A stretch of DNA of 64,000 nucleotides, taken from NCBI GenBank assembly GCA_937916085.1, contig CALGGO010000060.1:1602-65601 (forward strand), in the 5' to 3' direction. A program made the translations under genes and the position numbers. Below, piece after piece: positions 51,730 through 60,650 of the stretch. This DNA is from an uncultured Prevotellaceae bacterium. Lineage in GTDB: Bacteria; Bacteroidota; Bacteroidia; Bacteroidales; Muribaculaceae. Position 1 is the stretch's first letter. Each line of letters begins with the position of its first letter. The notes below the pieces were generated by a model, which saw nothing but the letters and a program-made list of their open reading frames with translations, ran no database searches and was not told where the DNA came from.

Positions 51730-54288
51730 TTAACTATTTCGTTGTCGGGCTTTATTCACCGCTTTGTCGGCCTGAATTGCCGGGCCGGTCTCTTTGCCGT
51801 TGCGAATGCTCACGCCAGTGGATGTCAACGCCGAGAGGGCTTGGCTAACGGTGACATTCTTGTTTACCGATTTCATCAGTGCCACCACACCAGTGACGAT
51901 GGGTGCCGCCATGCTAGTGCCGTCTTGTGCCTGATAGCGGTTGCCGGGCATGGAGCTGTAGATGCCCTCGCCAGGTGCCGAGACATAGACGGTGCTGCCA
52001 AAGTTGGACCATTCGGTGCGGGTGTTGTTCTTGCCAATAGCCCCCACGTTGATGGTGCTTTTTGACCTCAATTGTGGCTGCATGGCTGCCAGCAGGTTGC
52101 TGTTTCCTGCGGCAAACACGATGATGGTGTTCTTCTTGCCTGCTTGCTCAAAGACCCATTTCCACACGTCCTCGGCGGGCTTGAAATAGCTTCGTGCCAC
52201 CTCTTTCTGTTCCTCGATGGGCACGATGTCGCCTAATTGCACAGGATAGGCGGTGCCTATTGAGACGTTCACCACGTCGGCGTTGTTGCGAATGGCATAC
52301 ATGATGCCGCGTATTACCCCCGAGATGGTACATTGACCGTTGTCAAACACCTGCACAGGCATGATTTTGCAGTTGGGGGCTACTCCCGCGGCCCCCTGGC
52401 TCACATGAGTGGTGTTGCCGGCGGCGAGACCTGCCACATGAGTGCCGTGTCCTATTCCTGAGCTCAGGTGGTCGTCGCAGCGAAACACGTTGTAGGGCTT
52501 GGTGATGCGCCCTGAGAACATCTCGTGGTTGAGGTCAAGACCATCATCAACAACGGCTACCGTTACGTTGGCATTGCCCTTAGAGATTTGCCAAGCCTGC
52601 TTGATGTGTGCAGCCTCTAGATGCCACCCTTTAGGCAGGGTGGAACGTGAGGCGCCAGGTTGCTGTCCGCCAGCCATAATCACCTCATCAACCACTTTAA
52701 ACTTCATTGAAGGAATCTTCGACGGTAGCTCGTCGCGGATTTTAGGGCGTTCCTCAGGCGGGACCTGCACCAGCAGCCAGCGTGTGTTCTTGTCTTTGCC
52801 TATGATTTTGTATTGCTCGCCGGGGTAGTTGCGCTTGAACTCGGTGGCAAACTTCTGGAAATCGGGGTTGTCGTTGTCGAAGAAGATGTTGAGCCTGTCG
52901 CTCATCACCTCGGGGCTGTTGGGGTCGTCGGGGTTGAGGCGACCTCGGTCGGAGATGGGGTCGCCGTTGTCATCAACCAGCGGTGGAGCCACCTCGTCGT
53001 CACCGTCCAAGTCATCGGAGATGTCTCTGATGCCACGGCGGTTGCCGTTGTCGTCGATATAGTCGCCGTCGTCGGTGCGTATGCGCTCAATGACTCGCTC
53101 ATCGTGGATGATGACGCGCGTGCGCCCTTGTATCGTGTCGGTAGTGTCGGCGCCAACAATGTTGTCGTGAATACCGCGCACGCAGCCTCCTAAGGTTCCG
53201 GAGCACGAAGTGCAGCGGGTGAGCACGATGGCAAGGAGCAAGAACAGCAGCAGCGCGAGCAGTGCCATCAGCAGCCAGCGCAGGCAGCCGTCGCCAAACC
53301 AGCGTTTCCACCAGGGCAACCGGGAATATAGTGCCACAAAGGTGGTGTCGCTGGTGATGGGCTTCTCTACTGCCTTGTCCCACCCCAAGAAGGAATAGCC
53401 TTTGAGCGGTGTGACGAGAGGTATCATCTCTGGCGTGAGCACGGTGCCTGGGGGCACGGTCATCGCTGGCGACGTGCCACTCAGGGTGCCATAACCGCCG
53501 TTCTCAAATTTCACCTCGCATTCCTGTGGGCTAGGCACGGGTGGTGGCAGCTCGGGCTGATAGGGTGGAGGAGTTGCTTCCTTCTCGCACTGCGCCACAA
53601 AGTGTAGGTCGCCGTTGACTTGTGCATTGTTGGGGTCAAAAGGCATCCAGCTCACGAAGACGAAGCCCTCGTCGGGGATCACCTTAGGAACATCGATGCC
53701 TGGGTGCAGCTTGTAGCCGTGTCGGCGCATGAACGATGTGGTGCCTTTCAGGGTGGCGTTGTTGGTCTCAAACGATACCCTGTGCAGACGATTGTCATCG
53801 ACAACGGTGACTATCGAGGTGTTCATGCTCTGCCCAGGCATGGGCATGATGCCCCACACGCCCAAAATCACTTGTGACTCGGTGACAAACGCCATCTCGT
53901 CGATATCGGTAGAGTCGATATACTTGATGAGGCAGTTAAAGTAGGGCTTCGCGTCGTCGCTCACTTGCGTGGCGAGGTTGCGGAAGTGGGCGGTGGCGTC
54001 GGCAATATATTGCTTGGCAGCAAAATATTGCTGAGTGCCAGCCAGGGAGGAGAGTTTTACAGCATGAGCAAACTCTGGGTCAACATGCCACTCCAGCCCG
54101 TGTAGAGCTGGTTCAAAATAGGGCATGGCGAAGAATTTCTTGTAGCGTGGCTCGGTGACATACTTGTCGAGCAATCTCTCGAAGTCGTCTCGCCTGTTAT
54201 AGAACGGAGTGCCGCCCAGGTTCTCCACGATGAAAATGCTCATGGGAGACGTGGTACACAGCCGTACTTTATTTTTCACGTTTGGCAT
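51730..54288 (-). CDS. Membrane-anchored S8 (subtilisin-family) serine peptidase with an N-terminal domain containing Listeria-Bacteroides-type repeats
   Basis: 852 aa. Catalytic triad contexts VAVVDDGLD, HGTHVAGLAAGN and GTSMAAPIVTGV. TM helix WLLMALLALLLFLLLAIVL around residue 340. Asp-rich stretch DDGDYIDDNGN...DDLDGDDE. Repeat-like GYSFLGWDKAVEKPITSDTTFVALY. Confidence 0.8.
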   Translation of the reverse strand: MPNVKNKVRLCTTSPMSIFIVENLGGTPFYNRRDDFERLLDKYVTEPRYKKFFAMPYFEPALHGLEWHVDPEFAHAVKLSSLAGTQQYFAAKQYIADATAHFRNLATQVSDDAKPYFNCLIKYIDSTDIDEMAFVTESQVILGVWGIMPMPGQSMNTSIVTVVDDNRLHRVSFETNNATLKGTTSFMRRHGYKLHPGIDVPKVIPDEGFVFVSWMPFDPNNAQVNGDLHFVAQCEKEATPPPYQPELPPPVPSPQECEVKFENGGYGTLSGTSPAMTVPPGTVLTPEMIPLVTPLKGYSFLGWDKAVEKPITSDTTFVALYSRLPWWKRWFGDGCLRWLLMALLALLLFLLLAIVLTRCTSCSGTLGGCVRGIHDNIVGADTTDTIQGRTRVIIHDERVIERIRTDDGDYIDDNGNRRGIRDISDDLDGDDEVAPPLVDDNGDPISDRGRLNPDDPNSPEVMSDRLNIFFDNDNPDFQKFATEFKRNYPGEQYKIIGKDKNTRWLLVQVPPEERPKIRDELPSKIPSMKFKVVDEVIMAGGQQPGASRSTLPKGWHLEAAHIKQAWQISKGNANVTVAVVDDGLDLNHEMFSGRITKPYNVFRCDDHLSSGIGHGTHVAGLAAGNTTHVSQGAAGVAPNCKIMPVQVFDNGQCTISGVIRGIMYAIRNNADVVNVSIGTAYPVQLGDIVPIEEQKEVARSYFKPAEDVWKWVFEQAGKKNTIIVFAAGNSNLLAAMQPQLRSKSTINVGAIGKNNTRTEWSNFGSTVYVSAPGEGIYSSMPGNRYQAQDGTSMAAPIVTGVVALMKSVNKNVTVSQALSALTSTGVSIRNGKETGPAIQADKAVNKARQRNS

Positions 54289-54291
54289 AAT

Positions 54292-54415
54292 AGTTAAGTT
54301 TCAAGTGTTAAGTTTTAAGTGTTAAGTAGTGGAGAGAGCGCTACGCGCGATTAGCGATTAGTTGCGCTACGCGCGATTAGAGATTAGAGAGGTTCTCGAT
54401 CCTCGATTCTCCATA
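54292..54415. repeat. About 125-nt spacer made of heptamer words (NNNTAAG, GATTAGN, TCGATYC) plus two GCGC-TAC-GCGC hairpins
   Basis: agttaag/tttcaag/tgttaag/ttttaag/tgttaag ... gcgctacgcgc gattagc/gattagt tgcgctacgcgc gattaga/gattaga/gaggttc/tcgatcc/tcgattc. Confidence 0.9.
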
Positions 54416-54417
54416 AA

Positions 54418-57231
54418 TTAGTTAGCGTCAATCTCGTTGATGATTTCTCCTAGTCGCTTGTTGGCGGCGATGTCGTAGTCGGGGAGGTCGCACGAGAGGA
54501 TGTAGCCCACTTTCAGATACTCTAACCAGGTCCACTTGAAGCCGTAGCGTGGCAAGCGGATGAGCGCCTTGCGGTCGTTGGGGTTATAGCCTTTCTCCCG
54601 CAGCTTGCGGTTGGCATGGTCGAGTTCTTCTAGCAGTTTCACTCCCGAGAGTCCATTGTGTGACGTGAGCATCTCCTCGCTGATGTTAAGCTTCAACCTG
54701 GCATTCTTCTCGAGGATGTTGCTCAGATGCTTGCTGTCGATGTAGTCAAACCCAAAGGTGGTGATAAAGTGGTTAAACTCCATCGCCAGATAGTCGGCGA
54801 TGATAGCCACGGCACTATCTTTGTCGAAGGACGTGAGATACTGGTCGATGCGCTTGGTGATGCGGTCGTGCATTCCCAGGAAGCGGTAAAGTCTGATGAG
54901 GTTGGTGGTCATGTCGCTCACGGCGGGGATGACGTCTTTGCACTTGGGCACCACATATTGTGTGAGGTATTCCTCTATCCAGTATTTCTCTACCATCGTC
55001 GCCACCTGTTCGGCTTGCGAGTTCACCATGCGGTTAGAGTTGAGCAGCTTGTTGATGTCGATGCCTTCGGCGGCAAGCATCTCGTTGCACTCCTCCTCGG
55101 TATCTACTCCTAGCGAGTCACACAGTTTCTCGAGGTTTTGTGCCCTCGACGCCTCAGTGCTGAGTCCAAACTGCATGAAGAGAGCTTTCTCGGAGTCGGG
55201 TTGCGATGTGGTGGTCACCGTGTTGTTGAGGGCGTTGTGGATTTTTTCATACAGGTGTGGCTCGTCAATCATCATGATGTCGAGCATCTTGCCAAAGGCG
55301 GCAGGGTCGGTGCCTTCGATTTTGCCTAGCTGCAGGTTGGCCTGTGCCGCTTGGCGTTTAGCTTTCTTGATTTCGTCGTCGGGCGAGCCGCTGTGGTAAT
55401 ACTTGGAAAGCAGGCTCTTGAGCATTGCCACGAGACGTGTTATCTCATCGCCAAACATGTTGTCTCTTGCCTGTTTCACGCGTGGTGCTAGCTGGTTGAG
55501 GGCGGCGATGATGGGCTTGGTGCCGTCGTTGTTGAGTGTCGCCGCGCTGTCCCAAGCTTGGTTGGCATCGACAAAGTGCTGCTGCACGAAGTCGTAATGC
55601 ACGAAGGAGTCCTTGAGGCACTGCATGAAGTTGGGGAACGCCGCTGGGATGATTTCCTCGGTCTCGGGCGACTTGGTGTTGGGGTTGTAGCCAGTGAACG
55701 ACTTTGTGGAATACTTGAAGTCGCGTAGCATGAAGATGCTGCGGAAGGGGTGTCCCGTAGTCCACTGGTTGAACCAGTGCGTCTGGTCTTCGTCGGTGTT
55801 GGCTCGCAGCACTTCTTTCTCGAGCACAATCTTGAAGCGGTTGTCCCAGCGTCGGCGCAGCTCTTCGAGTTTGTTGGGGGAGTCGTTGGTCTGGTATTCC
55901 AGGTCGAGGTTGAAGAAAGTGCTGATGATGAACAATGGCGACATCTGTGTGTCGTGCATGAAGGTGTCGCGCTGTGCCGCTGTCTCACCCACGTTGTTCT
56001 TCACCCATTGCTCGAGGACGATGCCCATCTTGCTCTCGGCACTCTGCATATTGTTGTGGCAGAGCATGAGGGAGCTGATGCGCTTGGTGTCGCTGTAGCG
56101 GTTGAAGAGGTAGGTCACCTTGCCGCGTCGCAGCACTACCGAGAGGTTCTTGCCGTTGGTTATCTTCTCCGATGCCATGTTTTCGGGACGGCGCTCGCCG
56201 GGGAAGTCGAGGATGTCGAGGCAGGAGAGGAAATTGCGGGTCTCGCTCTCGAGAGTGGGCAGCGACATATATAGCTCGGCGACGAGAGCGCTGAGCTCGC
56301 CCTTGCGCATCTCTACCGACATGTTCTGCTGGGTGGTGACAATCGTGGTGGGACGATAGTCGGGAAGTTCTATCTCGCTCTCGTCATAGATCTCGTCGAG
56401 GCGTGCCACGTCGAGCAGCGTGCCATGCTTCTTGAGCACCGCGTCGAAGGGCACATACACCGTGGAGTTGAACCTGATGGAGCGGTAGGCGGTGATGAGG
56501 GTGTCGAAGAGGCGGTTGATGGATGGGTTGTCGAACCACAGCAGCTTTATTGCCGAGAGGAGCTGGTCGTCGGTAAGGCGGTTCACGTTGAACAGCAAGA
56601 ATGAGAACAGCCCTGATTCGGGGTCGGTGAGATTTGCGACCCGCTGCTTCATGGTGGAGTTGCGCAGGTAGTCATAGATGTCCATCACGTCGTCCTGGGT
56701 GAGGATGGGTGAGGGGTTGGGCACCGACGACACCTCAATCGAGTCGCAGTAGTGACGTATGTAGTCAATTTTCTTGATTTCGGAGTTGTCGTAGTCGGTC
56801 TGCGTGTGATAAGCCTCACACAAGACTAGGATGATGTCGGCAACCGACAGCAGGCGTGCCTTGAGGTAGCCCTCGGGGACGGCGGGGTCGGTGTTGGAGG
56901 TAAATCGTGTCACCACGCCGGTGGCCTCTACGCGCGAGTTGGGGTTGCTGGGGTTTATCTCGTCGATGAAGTTGTATTCGCGGCGGCCGTCGGTGACGGT
57001 GAAGGGCTTGCCGGGGTCGCTCATCAGCGCGCTCACGAGGTAGGACTTGCCCATCTGGCTCTCGCCGAAGGCTGCGGTGGAGCACCGCTCATCGGCGGCA
57101 AACTGAATCTTCTTGAATGCGCGTCGCAGGTTTACCAACTGCTCGAGGTAGTTCTGTCTTTCGCTATCGGGGACATTCAACTGCCATGAAATGGCTTTCT
57201 CTACGATGTGAAGATATTGGTTGATATTCAT
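54418..57231 (-). CDS. SrfC-like large P-loop NTPase (dynamin-like G motifs)
   Basis: 937 aa. Walker A/G1 GESQMGKS (nt 57043-57066), ATGVVTRF, DILDFPGE (DxPG as in dynamins). Lies directly downstream of a SrfB-like gene. Confidence 0.55.
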   Translation of the reverse strand: MNINQYLHIVEKAISWQLNVPDSERQNYLEQLVNLRRAFKKIQFAADERCSTAAFGESQMGKSYLVSALMSDPGKPFTVTDGRREYNFIDEINPSNPNSRVEATGVVTRFTSNTDPAVPEGYLKARLLSVADIILVLCEAYHTQTDYDNSEIKKIDYIRHYCDSIEVSSVPNPSPILTQDDVMDIYDYLRNSTMKQRVANLTDPESGLFSFLLFNVNRLTDDQLLSAIKLLWFDNPSINRLFDTLITAYRSIRFNSTVYVPFDAVLKKHGTLLDVARLDEIYDESEIELPDYRPTTIVTTQQNMSVEMRKGELSALVAELYMSLPTLESETRNFLSCLDILDFPGERRPENMASEKITNGKNLSVVLRRGKVTYLFNRYSDTKRISSLMLCHNNMQSAESKMGIVLEQWVKNNVGETAAQRDTFMHDTQMSPLFIISTFFNLDLEYQTNDSPNKLEELRRRWDNRFKIVLEKEVLRANTDEDQTHWFNQWTTGHPFRSIFMLRDFKYSTKSFTGYNPNTKSPETEEIIPAAFPNFMQCLKDSFVHYDFVQQHFVDANQAWDSAATLNNDGTKPIIAALNQLAPRVKQARDNMFGDEITRLVAMLKSLLSKYYHSGSPDDEIKKAKRQAAQANLQLGKIEGTDPAAFGKMLDIMMIDEPHLYEKIHNALNNTVTTTSQPDSEKALFMQFGLSTEASRAQNLEKLCDSLGVDTEEECNEMLAAEGIDINKLLNSNRMVNSQAEQVATMVEKYWIEEYLTQYVVPKCKDVIPAVSDMTTNLIRLYRFLGMHDRITKRIDQYLTSFDKDSAVAIIADYLAMEFNHFITTFGFDYIDSKHLSNILEKNARLKLNISEEMLTSHNGLSGVKLLEELDHANRKLREKGYNPNDRKALIRLPRYGFKWTWLEYLKVGYILSCDLPDYDIAANKRLGEIINEIDAN

Positions 57232-57240
57232 AATTATGTC

Positions 57241-57320
57241 GTTTATCGTTTATCGGAGTTCGGAGTTCGGGAATCGGGGATCGGGATCGGAGAACTCTGA
57301 ACTCTTAACTGAGAACTCCT
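57241..57320. repeat. Heptamer array spanning the SrfB-like stop codon and the 18-nt spacer
   Basis: gtttatc/gtttatc/ggagttc/ggagttc/gggaatc/ggggatc/gggatc/ggagaac/tctgaac/tcttaac/tgagaac. It encodes the C-terminal tail ...SSEFSDPDPRFPNSELR. Confidence 0.9.
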
Positions 57321-60300
57321 TTAAGTCGGTGGTTGCAATATTCAAGTTAAATTCTCCTGAGTCGAGCCAGTAGCATTGTGGGTCGTTGATGCTCTGCACT
57401 TGCAGCATGAAGTCGTCGGCCTTTAGTTCCTCGCCGTCGCTGCCGGTGACCGCGACGATGGTGAGGTGCTCCTTGTCCTCGTCGTAGGCCTCGCGCTCTA
57501 TCTCAAAGGTGAAAGGTCCCTTCTTGAACAACTCCTCGCGGTATTCGCGCAGCATGCGTTGCTGCTGCTCGGGGGTGAGAATCTTGTTCTTGCTGATGCG
57601 CTCCTTGATGCGGCGGTCGTCGATGTCGAGGACGAAGAATGGTCGTAGCGGATATATGTCGATGTCAAACTGCTTGGCACCGATGTAGCACGGGAAGGAG
57701 TTGATGGTGATGCGTCCGTTGTTGACGGTGGGAGTGATGATGCATTCCTCCTTGGGGATGCCGCCCATGCGGTAGAAGCTCTCGGTGGTGGGCACCAGCT
57801 TGTCGCTCAGGTCGCTCAGGTCGAGCGAGAACTCGTTGAGGCCTCCCGCCATCGACGCCAGGTAGCCAATCATGGCACCCACAGGGACGATGCTCTTGGT
57901 GTCGTGCATGTAGCCGTTCTCGTCTTTGAAGGGATACCAGCGCCCTATGCGGTACTTGCCCAGGACAATAAGTCGGTTGGGGCTCACGGGGAAGTACTTG
58001 AGGAAGCAGTCCTTGATGGGCTTGAGCATGGTGGGGCGTCCCGAGAGCACCACGATGTCGCAGTCGTGGGCGTAGAGCAGTGTGGATATCGACTCGATGA
58101 GAGAGTCGAGCGATTTCTCCACATGCTGCGAGAGCACTTTGTGGTCGTAGGTCCACACCACTTCGCTGAGCTCAAAGCCAAAGCGCTCTTTGAAGGCTTC
58201 ACACACTATGTCGCTGGGCTTGCTGCTCTGACCAAACATCTCGTCGTGGCCAATCTCAAGGTAACGCTCGCCCTCGCTCAGCAGGTTGAGGAAGCGGTAC
58301 ATGACGGGCACATTGACCTGCATATTGAAATCTCGGCGCATGATGCGGTCTTTGAAGGTCATCATGTTGTTGTCCTGACCGAAGAAGTGATACAATATCT
58401 TATAGGCTTCCTGGCGGCTCTTGCCCATCTTCTCGGTGAGGTGGCGGTAGAGGATGCCGTTGTCGCTCTCGATAATCACGTTGTGAACCAGCTGCTGCAG
58501 CATGTCGTCGCCCGCCACGTTGAAGCTGTCCCAGTAGATGGGGTCGGGCTTGATTTGCGAGGGGTTGCTCTCGTTGTAGCGATACTGGCACACCATCACG
58601 TCGGTGGTGCCGGCGCCTATATCTACCGACCCCACTCTGAGGGTGTCGCACTCCATGTCGTCGATTTTGCGTTTCTTGCCATAGAGCTTGAAGAAGAGGT
58701 CGCTGCGGTTCTTGTAGCGCTCGCAGAACTGGGCGTAGAGATACACAAACTGCGAGCAGGTGGCCTCGTCGTAGTACCACTGCTTGTGCTCATCGTCGTG
58801 GTAGCGCTGTGGCTGGTTGCCGGGAATCACCTGCATGTGCAGGGCGATGCTGTTGGGGTCCACGATGTGATGATAGGAATTGATGATTTTCACCGCATCG
58901 TCGAAGCTGCTGTAGAGGGCTTGGCGCTCCACCCTCGACATTGCGGTGGGGCAGGTGATGATCACGCGCTCGAGGCGGCGCGGGGTGTTGCGCAGGTCGT
59001 GGCGCTCACGCGACTGGAAGCTGTTGATTTGGGTTAGCGCCTGCTCTATTATCTCGATGAAGGCGAGGGTCATGAGCGAGCGGCGAGAGTAGTGCGCCCC
59101 TATGCCGTAGCCCTCGGCGTTTACTGTGCCGTCGTCGTTGAGGAAGCAGGTGAGGCCCTCGATGATGGGTGGCAGCGAGTAGTTCTCGTCGCCAATGTTG
59201 ATGAATCGCCACTCGTTCTCGGTGCGCTTGCCGTCCCACAGGTAGCGCTTGGGGCTGGAGTTGGTGGAGAGGGTCTCAAAGCCCAGGTTGAGTGCCGTGG
59301 CCTCGTGGTTGAGGTAGCGGGCCTCACGTCCGAGCCTGATGATGCTGGGCCACACAAACTGGTTGCTGCCGGCAATGTTCTTGCCTATGGTGACCTTGCG
59401 GAACGCCAGCCGCATGTCGAAGGTCTCTTCCACGCGGTTAAGGTCGCCGTTAGGGAGCAATATGTGGGTGAAATTCTGGAGTCGCAGCGCATCGACCTTG
59501 GTGAAGTCTTGCGTGAACTTGTTGTTCTCGAAGAGCAGCGCCGAGGTGCGTGAGTTGCCGATGTCGATGATCATCTCCACGTTGACGATGTTCACGTCGC
59601 GGTCGCGCATGAGCTTGACGGTGGGGAAGAAGTCGTCGAGGCTGCTCAGGTACTTGATGAGCATGAGGTAGGTGGCGAGGAACTCATATTTGTGCCTGCC
59701 GTCTTTGAGCTCGAGCACGTCGAAGTTCTTGGCGTCGGGGTAGGCGATTTCCATCAGGTAGTCGCGCACCCAGTTGTTGTTCCAGGTGCAGTAGTCGATG
59801 AGCTGTCGCTCGTTGCCGCACAGCCCAAAGAGTTTCTCGCTCTCGCCGTCGCTCATAAACACGGGGAACTCTTTGTAGGCGTCGAGGGCGTTGTAGCGCG
59901 CCTGGGTGTCGAAGGCGAGCACCACGTCGGCGGTGAGGATGCCGGCATTGGTCTCGCGCGGCACTATCATGAACTTGCACCAGTTGTAGGGACCCTTCTT
60001 GTAGTCGCCGGTGTCGTCCTGCTCGATAAACGGCATGGGCAGCCACACGTTGAAGTAACGGCTCAGGAACTTGTTGTTGGCAGCTAGCTTTGAGAAGAAG
60101 ATGCCTAGAGACTCTTCCTCGCCCGCGCCAACGTTGAACTGCTTGACCTCGGGGTTGGCGAGAATCACCGCCTCGCTGGTGGTGAGCTTGTTGTCATTGT
60201 CGAGATACCCTTTCTCGCGCAGCTGCGAGGTGAGCACCACCACCTGGTTGCTCAGGGTGTAGGCAAACTCGAGTTTCCACTGAAAGCGCTCGTCGTCGAA

Positions 60301-60399
60301 CGACTCGGCAAAGCGGCACTTAAAACCCGCATTGAGGTTGATCTCGATGCGTTTCGACAGTAGCTGAATGCCCGAATTGGCGATTAATGAATGGTCCAT
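57250..60399 (-). CDS. SrfB-like actin/Hsp70-fold (ASKHA) ATPase
   Basis: 1049 aa. Phosphate-binding motifs IIDIGNSRTSALLFE and GSVDIGAGTTDVMVCQY. SSPKRYLWD, ITCPTAMSRVE, VVLSGRPTMLKPI and RIGRWYPF match my recollection of the SrfB family. Confidence 0.6.
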   Translation of the reverse strand: MDHSLIANSGIQLLSKRIEINLNAGFKCRFAESFDDERFQWKLEFAYTLSNQVVVLTSQLREKGYLDNDNKLTTSEAVILANPEVKQFNVGAGEEESLGIFFSKLAANNKFLSRYFNVWLPMPFIEQDDTGDYKKGPYNWCKFMIVPRETNAGILTADVVLAFDTQARYNALDAYKEFPVFMSDGESEKLFGLCGNERQLIDYCTWNNNWVRDYLMEIAYPDAKNFDVLELKDGRHKYEFLATYLMLIKYLSSLDDFFPTVKLMRDRDVNIVNVEMIIDIGNSRTSALLFENNKFTQDFTKVDALRLQNFTHILLPNGDLNRVEETFDMRLAFRKVTIGKNIAGSNQFVWPSIIRLGREARYLNHEATALNLGFETLSTNSSPKRYLWDGKRTENEWRFINIGDENYSLPPIIEGLTCFLNDDGTVNAEGYGIGAHYSRRSLMTLAFIEIIEQALTQINSFQSRERHDLRNTPRRLERVIITCPTAMSRVERQALYSSFDDAVKIINSYHHIVDPNSIALHMQVIPGNQPQRYHDDEHKQWYYDEATCSQFVYLYAQFCERYKNRSDLFFKLYGKKRKIDDMECDTLRVGSVDIGAGTTDVMVCQYRYNESNPSQIKPDPIYWDSFNVAGDDMLQQLVHNVIIESDNGILYRHLTEKMGKSRQEAYKILYHFFGQDNNMMTFKDRIMRRDFNMQVNVPVMYRFLNLLSEGERYLEIGHDEMFGQSSKPSDIVCEAFKERFGFELSEVVWTYDHKVLSQHVEKSLDSLIESISTLLYAHDCDIVVLSGRPTMLKPIKDCFLKYFPVSPNRLIVLGKYRIGRWYPFKDENGYMHDTKSIVPVGAMIGYLASMAGGLNEFSLDLSDLSDKLVPTTESFYRMGGIPKEECIITPTVNNGRITINSFPCYIGAKQFDIDIYPLRPFFVLDIDDRRIKERISKNKILTPEQQQRMLREYREELFKKGPFTFEIEREAYDEDKEHLTIVAVTGSDGEELKADDFMLQVQSINDPQCYWLDSGEFNLNIATTDLKEFSVKSSEFSDPDPRFPNSELR

Positions 60400-60440
60400 C
60401 TTGTTTTATAGTTTGATTTCGTTTTTATCGTGATTTATCG

Positions 60441-60448
60441 CAAAATTA
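60441..60448 (-). promoter_or_regulatory. Bacteroidota -7 box candidate (minus strand TAATTTTG) for the SrfB-like operon
   Basis: The plus strand reads caaaatta, 42 nt upstream of the start at 60399. A second candidate, caaagtta, lies at 60492-60499. Confidence 0.4.
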
Positions 60449-60650
60449 CTTCTAATACTTTCTCTTTCCCTAAATATTGCAAAATCAATGCCAAAGTTAA
60501 TGTTTTTTTGTCATAGACGATACAGATTTCTTTTTTTTAACTAATGTCTTAGAAACCTAGTCAATGTTTTAGAGTTTGTAAAAAACAAAAAGAGACTCAA
60601 GGTCAAGACCCCAAGTCTCAAAAAAATCTTCTTTAACCACTAAACTTACA

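Noticed and set aside
57904-59037. 377-aa plus-strand ORF antisense to the SrfB-like gene. Similar cases: 45339-46436, 34508-35551, 24778-25587, 12806-13546, 31496-32281
   Set aside because: Same explanation. For the cases I checked (34508-35551 versus metG, 45339-46436 versus the LTA-synthase paralog) the frames are codon-aligned with the real gene. The products are repetitive V/G/H/A/L strings without recognisable domains.
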